This document shows, piece after piece, positions 1 to 12,131 of a stretch of 64,000 bases of DNA; position 1 is the stretch's first letter; each line of letters begins with the position of its first letter. The stretch comes from Octopus sinensis (lineage: Eukaryota): NCBI RefSeq assembly GCF_006345805.1, contig NC_042999.1, positions 17,422,001 to 17,486,000 on the forward strand, given 5' to 3'. The translations under genes and the position numbers were made by a program. The notes beneath the pieces were generated by a model. It was not told where the DNA came from, searched no databases, and saw only the letters and a program-made list of their open reading frames with translations.

Positions 1-65
1 ATCTTACTTTCAAATTTCGAATTATTATAATTTACTTTTCTCTAATTATCTTCTTGCATCATACA

Positions 66-151
<86 letters not shown>

Positions 152-435
152 ACTGTCTGTCGGTCTCTTTGTCTGTCTGTCTGTCTGCCTATCTTTCTAT
201 CTATCAATTTATATATCTCTTTATTTCACTATGAATATTCCTATCACGTACTCATATTTGTATGTATGTATGCATGCATGTAGGTATGCATCTATCTATC
301 TATCTATCTATCTATCTACCTAACTATCTATTTATCTACTTATCTATTTATCTATCTATTTATCTATCTATCCATCCATCCATCCATCCATCCACCCACC
401 ACCATCCATCCATCCATCCATCCATCCATCCATCC

Positions 436-490
<55 letters not shown>

Positions 491-493
491 AAC

Positions 494-549
<56 letters not shown>

Positions 550-552
550 ATC
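66..552. repeat. Compound (TATC)n/(TCCA)n microsatellite
   Basis: Directly visible tandem tetranucleotides; the ORF at 262-744 is its translation. Confidence 0.95.
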
Positions 553-1537
553 AATTTAGCTACCAAACACTCTCCTGACATCCATAAACATATTTGCATA
601 TCATATAATCATGTAAATATATATATATATATACACGCACATCGTTATATTTCTAAGCGCATGTGTTTTTGTTATGAAATTATATCGCTCGAACAAGCTA
701 GTAAATATGATTATAGAATATTATGCTGTGGAAAACAGTCGTAAAGTTCCATTGGTGTATTGATTCCTGTCGTCTTGGAGCAGCTCTGTAAGAACCGTTC
801 CAAGACGACAATTAAATTATGGAATTATTTTTGCATGTAGCGAAATATCGAAGGCCACGTATGTTTGGATATTTTCCCTTTTATACCCCTGAATGATTTT
901 TATTTGCTTTTACCCCTATTGCCATATTATAATATTAATCATGGAAATATAAAAATGAAAGACTTTCAGTACAGACTTCACAAGATCTAAACTAGAGATG
1001 AAATAATGTTTAATTCGAATGGTAGATTGATTTTATTATGGATGTTTAAATTTAATATGCAGAAAACTTAACAGAAATAAGTGAAGGCTGAATTAGGCAC
1101 ATATTCTTAGTTCTATGTGCATTCAAGTAGAACCTGAAAAATTCAATGATTGACCAGATGGAAAAGGATCAAGTAAATCTATCCTAGCTATAACAGGCGA
1201 GTGCAAAGGATTATATACGCATGCGTATAGCAATATATTGGCGAATGTATGGAAGGCGGTGTGCTACTATAGGAAGAGGAGGGGGTTAATATGGTGCCGG
1301 TGGTGAAACAATAGATTCAAAGAATTTTACATTCTGTAAATGTTATGTCTATAATGTATCAAATATAGTAGTATTATAGTTTGTACAAAACGAAGAATAT
1401 ATTCGTAAAGGGAATAAAAGAATGAGTGAAAACTTCACGAAAGAGTTATTGAATGAAAAGATTATTTATGGAGCTGTATAGTGTTGTATAATCTTATTCT
1501 ACAGAAAAGGATTTCAGCATAGAAAATATAATTTCAG

Positions 1538-1539
<2 letters not shown>

Positions 1540-1593
<54 letters not shown>
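1540..1593. repeat. (TA)n microsatellite
   Basis: Pure TA run. Confidence 0.95.
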
Positions 1594-1595
<2 letters not shown>

Positions 1596-1878
1596 TTATT
1601 ACCATTATACACTACACTCGAACGTAAGTATCGGGAATGATGAAACTATATGAATTTAATCGACTTGGCAACAGTTATAGTTAGTCTTATTTCTTGTTAA
1701 TTAGCCCGACGCTGATCGACTTGACTTTTCTCTGAAAAAATGTACAACGGCCTTAGCTATCTTGGATGTTTGCAGGTTGTATATCAGGAACTAGCCGTAG
1801 GCATCTAGGAATTTATTTTGAGCTTGAGTATAACAAATACCGCAGTAGCAGTTTATGGAATTTATTTTCAAATTCTGT

Positions 1879-1999
1879 TTTTTTTACGATCCCTTTTTAT
1901 CGAAAACCTACCCCCCTCCTTATTTCTCTCCAAAAAGAAAAGCTCTACTTTGTAATTTGTCCCCTCTGTGTTCAGTCCTGTGTGGCTAATAAAGAAACA
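1879..1999 (+). mobile_element. Severely 5'-truncated 3'-UTR stub of the Tx1-type LINE family
   Basis: Matches 60241-60361 (ttttacgatccctttt...aaagaaaagctctac.ttgtaatttgt...tgtgtggctaataaagaaaca). Flanked by a degenerate ~15-bp TSD: tattttcaaattctgt (1863-1878) and tattttaacttctgt (2000-2014). Confidence 0.85.
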
Positions 2000-2243
2000 T
2001 ATTTTAACTTCTGTGTCTAGGACGGTGTAATCTAATAATTCGACTTTATATGAAAGGCTAGAAGTGATTCAATTAAAATTGAGTTCGTTTTTATTTGTTG
2101 ACATAAAGTGATCACAGTAGGAAACCCATTGGCTCGGGGCAACTGGACACGGTATTTGGAGGCTGACGATTAAGTAAGATTGATTGGCCTTTCAAACTGT
2201 CTTTTTTTTTACTTCATAGTTTGTCCTTAGAGGAACACCTTAG

Positions 2244-4324
2244 AGGAAGAGAGCAGATTGGAACCTGTACCACACTGAACTACAGCACCCAAACTGGCGT
2301 GAATTCTACAACTCTGGAGATGTGAATACTATACTCCAGAGTATCCTGGACTCAATATGGGCAGCATGTGCAGCATCAGTGCCACGTAAACAAAAAAAGA
2401 AGAACCGCCCCAAAAGGGCAATTTGGGAAACTTCAGCGGTCCGACTTGCCAGGAAGGAACGTCGGACTGCTGAACGGGAATACAGGTTGCATAAATCAGA
2501 CACCAACAGGAAGAAGCTGAATAAATCCTCCAACCATCTCAAGCAAGTGACAAAAAAAGCAGTGCTTGAATTTGAACAGTGCATAGCAGCCAATCCTGAC
2601 AGCAAGGTTTTCTGGAAATATGTGCACTCAAAGCAGAGACCTCACTCTCCAGTGGGCCCTCTTCGCAACCCTCACACAAACCAGATCACTGACGACCCCA
2701 AGGAATGCGCAGAACTCATTGCCGAGTGCTATGCAAACATATTCACTGTTGAAAGTCAAAATGTACCATCTTCACCATCACTAACAGCAAACTCCATAAC
2801 AACTATGGAATTTACACCTGCAATGCTGCGACGTCACCTTCAAAATAAGCGCGACTATGCCTCCCCTGGTCTCGATGGAGTTACATACCTGCTTCTCAAA
2901 CGTGGCAGGCACTTCCTTTTACACCAGCTTTCTATTTTCTTCCAGTACTGTCTCAACAATGGTGCTACTCCGGAGCAGTGGAAAACTGCCAGTGTCATTC
3001 CTCTGTTCAAAAAGGGCGACCGCACATCACCTGTCAACTATCGCCCAGTCAGTCTCACTAGCTGTATTGCAAAACTGATGGAATCGTGTGTCAGAGAAAC
3101 ACTCTGGAACTTCTGGAGCTCTCACAGTCTCATCCGACCCTCACAATATGGATTTGTCCCTAACTCCAGCTGCAGTGACCAGCTAGTCGAGTTCCTTGAG
3201 GACATTACTCAGATTACTGACAGTGGCTCATGGGTGGATGTTGTCTACCTTGACTTTGCTAAGGCTTTAAACTCTGTGCCACACAAAAGGCTTATGGTGA
3301 AACTCTCTGCAATGGGTGTGGGGGATGACCTTTTTAACTGGTTGAAATCCTTCATCCTCAGTCGAAAGGAGGTAGTCACAGTTCTAGGACAGCACTCTAC
3401 ACCATATGAGATGTCATCGGGTGTACCACAGGGATCTGTCCTTGGTCCCCTCTTGTTTGTGGCATACATTAACGACATAGATGCCAATTTAAAGAATGCC
3501 ACAGTATTGAAATATGCAGACGACATCAAGCTGTACCTTGAAATCAAGAGGACAGATCCTGATGTCTACAACTCTTTCCTGCAATCAGACCAAGACACAA
3601 TGCAGCAATGGATCACAGACTGGCAACTGAAACTGGCTGTGGACAAGTGTACCACCATGCATTTTGGGAGAAAAAACCCTGCGTTCACATACTCCCTCCA
3701 CAACACTGATATCAAGAAATCCTCTTGCGAGCGTGACCTAGGCATCACTGTCAGCAGTGATTTGCGTTGGTCAAAGCATATCTCTAAGATTGTCAGGAAG
3801 GCCGAGGGTGTCTTGGCATCACTCAGCAGGTCTTTTGTTAGCCGCTCTCCAGCCATCTATTTAAAACTGTATACAGCTATGGTACGACCACACTTGGAAT
3901 TCGCATCATCAGTTTGGAACCCCTATCTTGCACAGAACATTGACCTCCTGGAATCTGTCCAGAGACGTGCAACCAAACGCATACCCTCCATCAGACACCT
4001 ACGATATTCTGAGCGCCTTGTTTCCCTGGGCATGGATTCACTGAAGCTCCGGCGTTTGGCGACGGACTTGGTAAACACCCACAAAGTTATCAACCACCTC
4101 ACCAACAACAACACTGAACACCTTTTGATCTCCATGTGTCTAACACACGTGGACATGCCTACAAAGTCAGAAAACAATACAGCTCCCATGACTTTCGGAA
4201 ACATTTTTTCACGCTCAGAGTTGCTGAAGCATGGAATAAACTTCCTGCGTCAGTTGTTGACTGCCATGACACTGCATCTTTTAAGGCCCTCATGCTTTCC
4301 GAAATCCGCCGAAACTACACCTGA
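2244..4324 (+). pseudogene. ORF2 reverse transcriptase of the CR1-group LINE (linker, RT and C-terminus; one frameshift near 4123-4126)
   Basis: Frame is open from 2244 (RKRADWNLYH...) through the 676-aa track ORF. The true C-terminus continues in the 4136-4324 frame after loss of one T in a T run. Confidence 0.88.
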
Positions 4325-4397
4325 TTATATATACACTTTAGATGAGTTGTAGTGCACCTGAGCACTGTACACAATTATTATTATTATTATTATTATT
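2244..4397 (+). mobile_element. 5'-truncated CR1-group (CR1/L2-like) non-LTR retrotransposon with (TTA)n tail
   Basis: RT motifs SPGLDG, NYRPVSLTS, YLDFAKA, GVPQGSVLGPLLF, YADD and ERDLGI. C-terminal TRGH...FFTLRV...WNKLP lies in a shifted frame. Short 3' UTR with hairpin gtagtgc-acctga-gcactgt, then (TTA)n. No endonuclease domain is present. Confidence 0.93.
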
Positions 4398-4456
4398 AAA
4401 CATATATAGAGAGAATGTAAGATATGAGGGAGAATGAGAAAGACATTACAATTTAT

Positions 4457-5045
4457 TCTTTGCAATTCTATGCACAAGGCCTGAGATTTTCTGGGAGGGT
4501 CCAGTCGATTAGCTCGACTCCAGTACGCATCTGGTACTTAATTTATCGACTCCGCAAGGATGAAAGGCAAAGTCGACCGCTGCGGAATTTGAACTCAGAA
4601 TGTAAAGACAGACGAAATACCTATTTCTTTATTACCCGCAAGGGGCTAAACATAGAGAAGACAAACAAGTAGAGATAAAATGATTAAGTCGATTACATCG
4701 AGCCCAGTGCGTAACTGGTACTTAATTTATCGACCCGAAAGGATGAAAGGCAAAGTCGACCTCGGCGAAATTTGAACTCAGAACGTAACCGCAGACGAAA
4801 TACCTATTTCTTTATTACCTACCAGGGGGCTAAACACAGAGGGGACAAACAAGGACAGACATAGGTATTAAGTCGATTACATCGACCACAGTGCGTAACT
4901 GGTACTTAATTTATCGACCCCGAAAGGATGAAAGGATGAAAGGCAAAGTCGACCTCGGCGGAATTTGAACTCACAACGTAACGCAGACGAAATACCACTA
5001 AGCATTTCGCCCGGCGTGCTGACGTTTCTACCAGCTCGCCGCCTT
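4457..5045 (-). mobile_element. tRNA-derived SINE family A, concatemer (one head plus three bodies)
   Basis: Head aaggcggcgagctgg... with B-box gagttcaaattcc and central gtcgactttgcctttcatcctttcggggtcgataaattaagtaccag. Internal junctions gaaatac|ctatttc at 4620/4621 and 4803/4804. Confidence 0.9.
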
Positions 5046-5272
5046 GGCATTGAAATTTATTAAGTGAGAACGATTGATATAAAAGCTTACCCTTTACTCA
5101 TACGTATAAATAGTAATATGGACATTTTATAACTACAGAAATGTGTGTGCTTGAGAGAGAGAAAGAGAGAGAGAGAGAGAGTGAGAGAGTAGGACAGAGA
5201 GAAAGAGCGAAAGATAGGGGCAGGTGTGAGAGAAGGAGATAAGCATTAAAATGAGAGAATCATTAATATTCC

Positions 5273-5657
5273 CTTTACTTGTTTCAGTCATTTTGACTGC
5301 GGCCATGCTGGAGCACCGCCTTTAGTCGAGCAAATCGCCCCCGGGACTTATTCTTTGTAAACCCAGTGCTTATTCTATCGGTCTCTTTTGCCGAACCGCT
5401 ATGTGACGGGGACGTAAACACACCAGCATCGGTTGTCAAGCAATGCTAGGGGGACAAACACAGACACACAAACACACACATATACATATATATATACATA
5501 TATACGACAGGCTTCTTTCAGTTTCCATCTACCAAATCCACTCACAAGGCATTGGTCGGCCCGGGGTTATAGCAGAAGACACTTGCCCAAGATGCCACGC
5601 AGTGGGACTGAACCCGGAACCATGTGGTTGGTTAGCAAGCTACTTACCATACAGCCA
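5273..5657 (-). mobile_element. tRNA-derived SINE family B, near full length
   Basis: Reverse strand reads ggctgtatggtaagtagc...ccgggttcagtcccactgcgtggcatcttgggcaagtgtcttc, then an internal TA/TG tract and the tail ccagcatggccgcagtcaaaatgactgaaac. Confidence 0.88.
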
Positions 5658-5834
5658 GTTTAAAATCACTTTCAGATCACTGACATGAAACAGGTAGCAG
5701 CAAAACGCCTGTGCTGAAACATCTCAGAATTGTATGAAGAGCATATTGCGAATAAGAAATGGTAACTGGACTGAAAGTTTCGAAAAAAGCATACAATTAG
5801 AAAACCAGCATTGGAATCTATTCGTTATTTAGGT

Positions 5835-6225
5835 TTTTGCATACAAGAAGCTTGCTTCCTAACCTAATTGTTCCAGGATTCAGTCTCCCTGGGAGGCTCG
5901 TTGGGTATCTTTTACTATTGCCTCGGGCTAAGAGCCTGTGAGTTGAATTTGTTGATGGAAACTTGAAGAAGCGCCTCGTATATATATATTTGCATGAGAG
6001 TGTGTATGTCTTTATGTTTGTGATTGGTCTCTGTACGACCGCTTGACTATCCGTGTTGGTGCGTATATGTCCCCGTAACGTAGCGGTTCGACAAAACTGA
6101 CCGATAGGATAAGATGCAGGCTCAACAAAAAAAAGTACTGGAGTTGATTCGTTCCACTAAGATTCGTTCTTCAAGTCGGTGCCCCAGCATGGTCACAGAC
6201 TGATGCCTGAAACAGACAAAGGAAG
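5835..6225 (+). mobile_element. SINE family B, diverged copy (head-to-head with 5273-5657)
   Basis: Same modules in + orientation, ending gccccagcatggtcacagactgatgcctgaaac. Confidence 0.8.
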
Positions 6226-7132
6226 GTAAACGATAATAAGGGTGATTAATCTAAACATACATCTTTCTTCGAAATTTCACGCATTAACGTAATAAGTCGA
6301 TTGTTCTAAAGCAATTCTGGAGACTCACATGTGTAGTAAAATGTAATATTAATTCATATTAATGAAACCCAGCAAAAGGTTGAATAACAGGTCTGATTGA
6401 AGAATTCCATGGCAAACTGGAAAAATAATTACTCTTTATTTGCTTTAGTAACATTTGTGTTATGTTTGTTTAAGTAGCATCGATGTGGTGGAAATATTGC
6501 CTCTCTTCATATCTAAAAATAAACGTTCTTTTTAACGATTCAGCTCGAATCTCTGCATTGATAGACATAACACAGTACGGGTGTACCTACATCATGGTCT
6601 CGTGCAAAAGCGATAAATAAATTGATTTAATCATGTAATTTTCTTACGGGAAGAAACGGTGATGATTGATTCCAAAATTTGCTTAGTTAATATACGTATC
6701 CTATAATTTCTCTTATGTGCTTAAGATTATTTAAATCATCCGCACATTATGAGGTGAACAGTATCAACGAGCTTGTAACGCAAATGGAATTGGTAATGTA
6801 TGTATATTACGTTTTACCCGAAATAAGCAATATGAAATAAGTATCTCAGAAAGTTGGTTTCTCTAAAGTTAGATTTCTGTAACTATAATTCATAACTATT
6901 ATGATATCTTATAAAGCTGCAGTTTATTATGAAATTATAAGGGAACTGCATTCTCTCTATTTTTCAATAGGAAACTGTTGAGATGATATACGCCTTCTTA
7001 ATATAGGATGCGACATTATTGACCGAGACAGAAATCGTACAAATTGATGGTTAGCACACTGCTTATTTTACAACAGGTTAACTAATACCAAATATAACTG
7101 AGTTAACCGAATTTTATACAAATCACTATTTA

Positions 7133-7134
<2 letters not shown>

Positions 7135-7201
<67 letters not shown>

Positions 7202-7520
7202 CGTGTGTATATATGTATATATATATAATTATATATATATTATATATATTATATATATTATGTATTATAGATATATGTATGTATGTATATATATATATAC
7301 ATACACACACATGTATATATATATATATATGTGTGTATATATATATACATATATATGTATATATATGTAATATATATAATTATATATATATATATGTATA
7401 TATATTATGTATTATATATATATATAGATATATATATATATATATTATATATATATATTATATATATATATATATATACAAATATAAATACGCACAGACA
7501 CATGCACACATATATATATG
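7135..7520. repeat. Degenerate (TA)n/(TG)n microsatellite
   Basis: Visible; source of the YIYIYI ORFs. Confidence 0.95.
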
Positions 7521-8318
7521 TAGATAGATAACTAGTTACAGAAGGAAAGTGATGCAGATACTTTGAAATACATTAACAATGAGAAAGAAAAATTCCTGTG
7601 GCAAATTATAGTTGTGCGGTATACATTCAAGACGAAGTCATTGAAACCATGACTTTCCGAACGCCTCTAACAAACCAGCGTATGTAATGCAGTATATTGG
7701 TTATTTATTCGCATTTTAAAGCAGACATTTTCCTTCGCAAGTGTTGGTGCATATGACTCTTATATCTCACGGTTTAGAAACATTCTTCCCTTTCCAATAT
7801 TAATATTCGCTAAGTTACTGCACACGCTTCACACCAAGAGTAGTGTCATTACAATGAATGGGATTGGTATGATAGCGACTTCATTAATTTTGGTGTAATG
7901 CACATCCGTTCTACAAAAATGGATCGTTTATTATTTTATCGGATATCACACGACGTATAAACGAATTTGAACGATTTATGACCAACTAAATAAGTTCAAA
8001 AATTATATTAAACGCCAATCCCATTTCGTAATTATTTCAGCTTTGTCACTATTGTAATAGTCTACACTCCTCATTTTCCTAGAACCTTTACAACAGAGAG
8101 GTACGGAGGACTTGACTAGACTACGTTTCATATATATATTTATAATGGTTATACATTTTTGATTATTTTTGAAAGTAAATAATTTCCTCTATCTAAAGCC
8201 GTTGAACAATATCTTATAAGTAGGGAAAATAACCTTAATTTTAAGCTATTTAAATAATAAAGTTACCCTACAACTGAAGAAATCTAATATCACTTTTGAC
8301 TCAAGCCATGTAAAATTC

Positions 8319-10566
8319 TAGGGGTTGGTTCATTAATGCATACTCACGTTTTTACTAAACTTGGGATGATGACTTAATGCAATGCACAAGAAGTATATCT
8401 CATATGTCAGCTTTCATGATTAAGTAGTTCAGGAGTTATAGATTTTTAAATTTGTGACCACTTAGGCCCTACTTTAGGAAATATCCTCTTCCTCTCGTTA
8501 TTATTTCCGTGATGCTAAAATGTCTGACTATATTAATATTTTTTCAGAATAGTAGGCTTATCTAAAATAATGTTTCATAAGAGAAGTACTTGTGCCATTC
8601 GAAGAACCAAAAAACAAAAAAAAATTTTGGTGAAGAATCTCGTGCACTTTCAAAACTCACATATGAAAAAAAGACGTTCTTCTTGAAGAGTATTCTTTGG
8701 AAAACAACTTCAGGATATCAACGAAATTTCAAATTGTCGGTCGCTACCTCTTCCTTGGAGGTACCATCAAATGAAGGAAAGAAAGAACAAAGGAAATTTC
8801 GAAAGAAGTAACTATTTTATAGTAAAAATATTAAATTTCCTATATTTATCAATTCAAAATGTACAAGCAAAAGTAGAAAAATGGCTGGATACCTATGATA
8901 AATGTATAAAGCGAGGAAAATACAATTCATTGAAAGGATTGTTTAACATCACAAAGGAAAACGATGAATAGTTGTGCAGTGAGGATAGAAAATTATATTA
9001 TCTTCAAACTGAAAGCAAGGGACAGGTTTGGTATGCAACAGGAAAGGCAGCCTTTTCCAAATCTAACCCGACAAAAAAAGAAAAGTGTCCTTAATGCCAA
9101 CTTCAACGAGACTACTCTTCATCGCCGATGTCTGAAGCAGAGACTGAAAGTGAATATCAAGAGTCCGAAAAATCAGATCAATTATCCACAGAAACACGGA
9201 GGAAGTATAGCAAAACTGGAACTGCAAACAAATTAGTAATATCTTCCAAGCTATCAACCCAAGAAGCAGCAACAATTTGTTGACAATTATCTCAAAATGT
9301 CGTGGCTCCTTCTTGAAACTGATATTTACAGATCGACTATCAAAGAAGCTGCTAAAATAAAAAAAAAGAAAATGAATAAAACACTACATTACAATAACTT
9401 CTGTTTTAAATGAATTCTGAAAACACTTGGAAAAGAAATGGCCTTTTCATATTGTTGCAAAGACTGTTTTCTCAAATGGATTTGAAAGAACCGCAATTTA
9501 TTGGTAGGCAGCATCATATTCTTCATAGACTTCTTGGTGTTTTAATGCGTAACGAACTTGGAGAAAAATTCCATCTCCCAATATTGAATATACATTCATT
9601 CCAGAGCTAGTTAGTAATTACGAGAAACTCCAGGCTAATTTCAACGATGGCGAAGAAAATATTACTGAATCAGCAGGATGGCGAGATGACATGAAATTTT
9701 TATTTCATTTGATTAGTTTTTCGTTTCTTTGAAAAAGAAAACAGCAAATTTCCTACTGTAAAGTTTCAAAAACTACTTAAGTAATTCAAGATGAAATTCT
9801 CAAGGAATACTAGCCCTTTTGTCATCTATTCTTCTACCAGAGAAAAGAGTTTTGCTTCTCAATATTTGTCGATTCCTCTCTTACAGTTGGGCAAAATTTT
9901 GTTAGCGGACAAAATGCTAAATGAACATGATTATCAGGAGTTATGTGGTAGCCTGCACGTTCATAAAAAAAGCATTGAGCTCTGTAAAGAAACTTTTAGA
10001 TTTGGGAACCATCAAAGCTGGAAATTCTCAAAATAAATCAGCGTGCAGAACAGACAATCAAGATCTGTATGCTGTTTGTAAAAAGGAGAAACTTCAGCTT
10101 TGATTTACTTTATATAACAAAATATATTAATGTTTTGTTATGTATAAAAATTTGCTGCTTCTTATATATTTATTTAAATTTGGAATTAAAACTATGAAGA
10201 CAAAAATATGTATTGTTTTTAATTTTGGACGTTATCAAATGCTTGCAGTGGCCTCTGTCTTAAAATAGCCTACTTTTGAGCCTTTGCATAGAGCAATTTC
10301 AGTTCAATAATTTTGTATAAATATGTATAAATACACTTTTATTTTACATCTCACTTGCGTTTACAAGAATTTAGCTAGCGGAAATACTGAAGTGTGAATC
10401 TAGTGCCATTTAGTGATTATAGATTTAAAAGCCCATAACTCCGTAACCACTTTAACTAGAAAGCTGAAATCTCAGATATGCTATTTCTATATGGAATAGC
10501 TTCTGGTATTATGAATCACACGAAAATTTTGCATGATTTGGGCCAAAAGTTGTGATCGCTTTCTTA
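8319..10566 (+). mobile_element. Decayed DNA transposon, hAT superfamily (hATm-like), with fragmented transposase
   Basis: Subterminal inverted repeats at 8392-8466 and 10409-10482; left end TAGGGG. Peptide remnants: NTWKRNG...PQFIG(R)QHHILHRLL (decayed CxxH), GWRDDMKFLFHL, NSR*NSQGILALL (RW motif) and NQRAEQTIK (catalytic Glu region). Many stops and frameshifts; right end is approximate. Confidence 0.65.
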
Positions 10567-10627
10567 AGTTGGGGATGGTGATTCTTTTAAAATAAGGCAA
10601 AATAAATGTTTGTTGCCTGACTAGAGT

Positions 10628-10723
10628 CGCTGTGTGGTAGGTAGACTCGGGTCTACAAAGCTCTTGTGAGTGGATATAGAAAGCGGAAATTAAAAGAAGC
10701 CCGTCGTATACACATACACATAC

Positions 10724-10779
<56 letters not shown>

Positions 10780-10942
10780 CGACGGGTTTTTTTTCAGTTT
10801 CCCTCTACCAAATCCTCTCAGAAGGCTTCGGTCGGCCAGGGGTTATAGTAGAAGACACTCGGCAAAGGTGCCACCCAATGGGATTAAACTCGGAACCATG
10901 TGGTTGGGAAGCTAGCTTCTTACCACGGAGTCACTCCTGCGC
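10628..10942. mobile_element. Two inverted 5' halves of SINE family B joined at a (TA)n tract
   Basis: 10628-10710 (+) ends ...aagaagcccgtcgtata; 10777-10942 (-) begins tatacgacggg... on the + strand. Confidence 0.8.
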
Positions 10943-11897
10943 ATATATGTATATAGACATATATATGCATATAAATATATGTGTGTGTGTCCGTCCGGTG
11001 TGTGCGAGTGCATGTATGTGTGTGTATGCATGTGTGTAACAATGTGCGCATGCATGTTTATAGATGTATTACCTCGAGCTCACCCGCGACTACTTGGATT
11101 AATGAGACCAAATGTGTCCGGTGTTAGATTGTTTACGTTGCAGTTTCGAGTTACTGACACATGTACTTTTGATGAAATCACACATATTGCACTCGGTAGC
11201 AATCCGCCGAATTCAAAATGAGTAGCAGTTGTTTTCGAACAATGCCATAATTTTTCATTATATACAGATTTTCGAAAATTTGCCCGTAAATTTAAAATCA
11301 TGTCGTCAGAGACGAGACGTTCCTGAGACCAAAAGGATGTACGGAAAGAAATATTGAAAGTGTGATAGAAGAAAAAGGGTGATAATAGTGTTGGAGTGTT
11401 AGATATAGGTACGGAATAATTTTCAAATTATGACGTCAAACACTAATTGACTTTTCCTATAATTTCTCTCATTTGTTGCCCAGGTTTCAAATTCTCCTTC
11501 ACTCAACTTATGGATGTCGATTTATAATTTATGCATAAATTATGTACAAATGTCGTTAGTGAGTTATAACTCATCTAAATACTCATAAATTGATATCAAA
11601 TACCAATCCCATTTCATAATTAATTAAACGTAACTAATATTCAAATATTGTTCAGTGTTAATTGTCTCGGACGCTTTATGGTATAAAGATTTTTTTCTTT
11701 ATAGTAGCAGAGTGTCTCTCGCCCATAACCTGAGCACAGATATTTTACGGAAAATATTACTAATTTTTATCCGATAATCAATAGACATCAGATATTGTGA
11801 TATAATTGTTATTAAAATTTCTCATATAGAAAACATTTTTTCAAAAGTAGAAAGCCCTTTTTAAATATGCAGCGGGACCTATTTGTATTATTGCAGG

Positions 11898-12131
11898 AAA
11901 AGCGGTAAGCTGGCAGAAGCATTAGCACGCCGGGCGAAATGCTTTGTGGTATTTCGTCCACCGCTGCGTTCTGAGTTCAAATTCCGCCGAGGTCGACTTT
12001 ACCATTCATCCTTTCGGGGTGGATAAATTAAGTACCAGTGACGTACTGGGGTCGATGTAATCGATTTAATCTGTTTGTGTGTACTTGTTTGCCCCCTCTA
12101 TGTTTAGCCCCTTGTGGGCAGTAAAGAAATA
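11898..12131 (+). mobile_element. SINE family A monomer with Tx1-like tail and 16-bp TSD
   Basis: Full head and body, tail ...ttagccccttgtgggcagtaaagaaata. TSD tatttgtattattgca at 11880-11895 and 12132-12147. Confidence 0.92.

Noticed and set aside
2306-4204. Antisense and alternate-frame ORFs over the CR1 element (likewise over the Tx1 element)
   Set aside because: Shadow ORFs of the RT coding strand with no independent motifs.
4457-5045. Regularly spaced repeats resembling a CRISPR array or satellite
   Set aside because: Units are ~180-bp SINE bodies with no unique spacers, in a eukaryotic context with no cas genes.
7850-8035. Short inverted match (atgggattgg / ccaatcccat) echoed near 11602
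   Set aside because: Probably an old MITE-like repeat, but too decayed to define boundaries.
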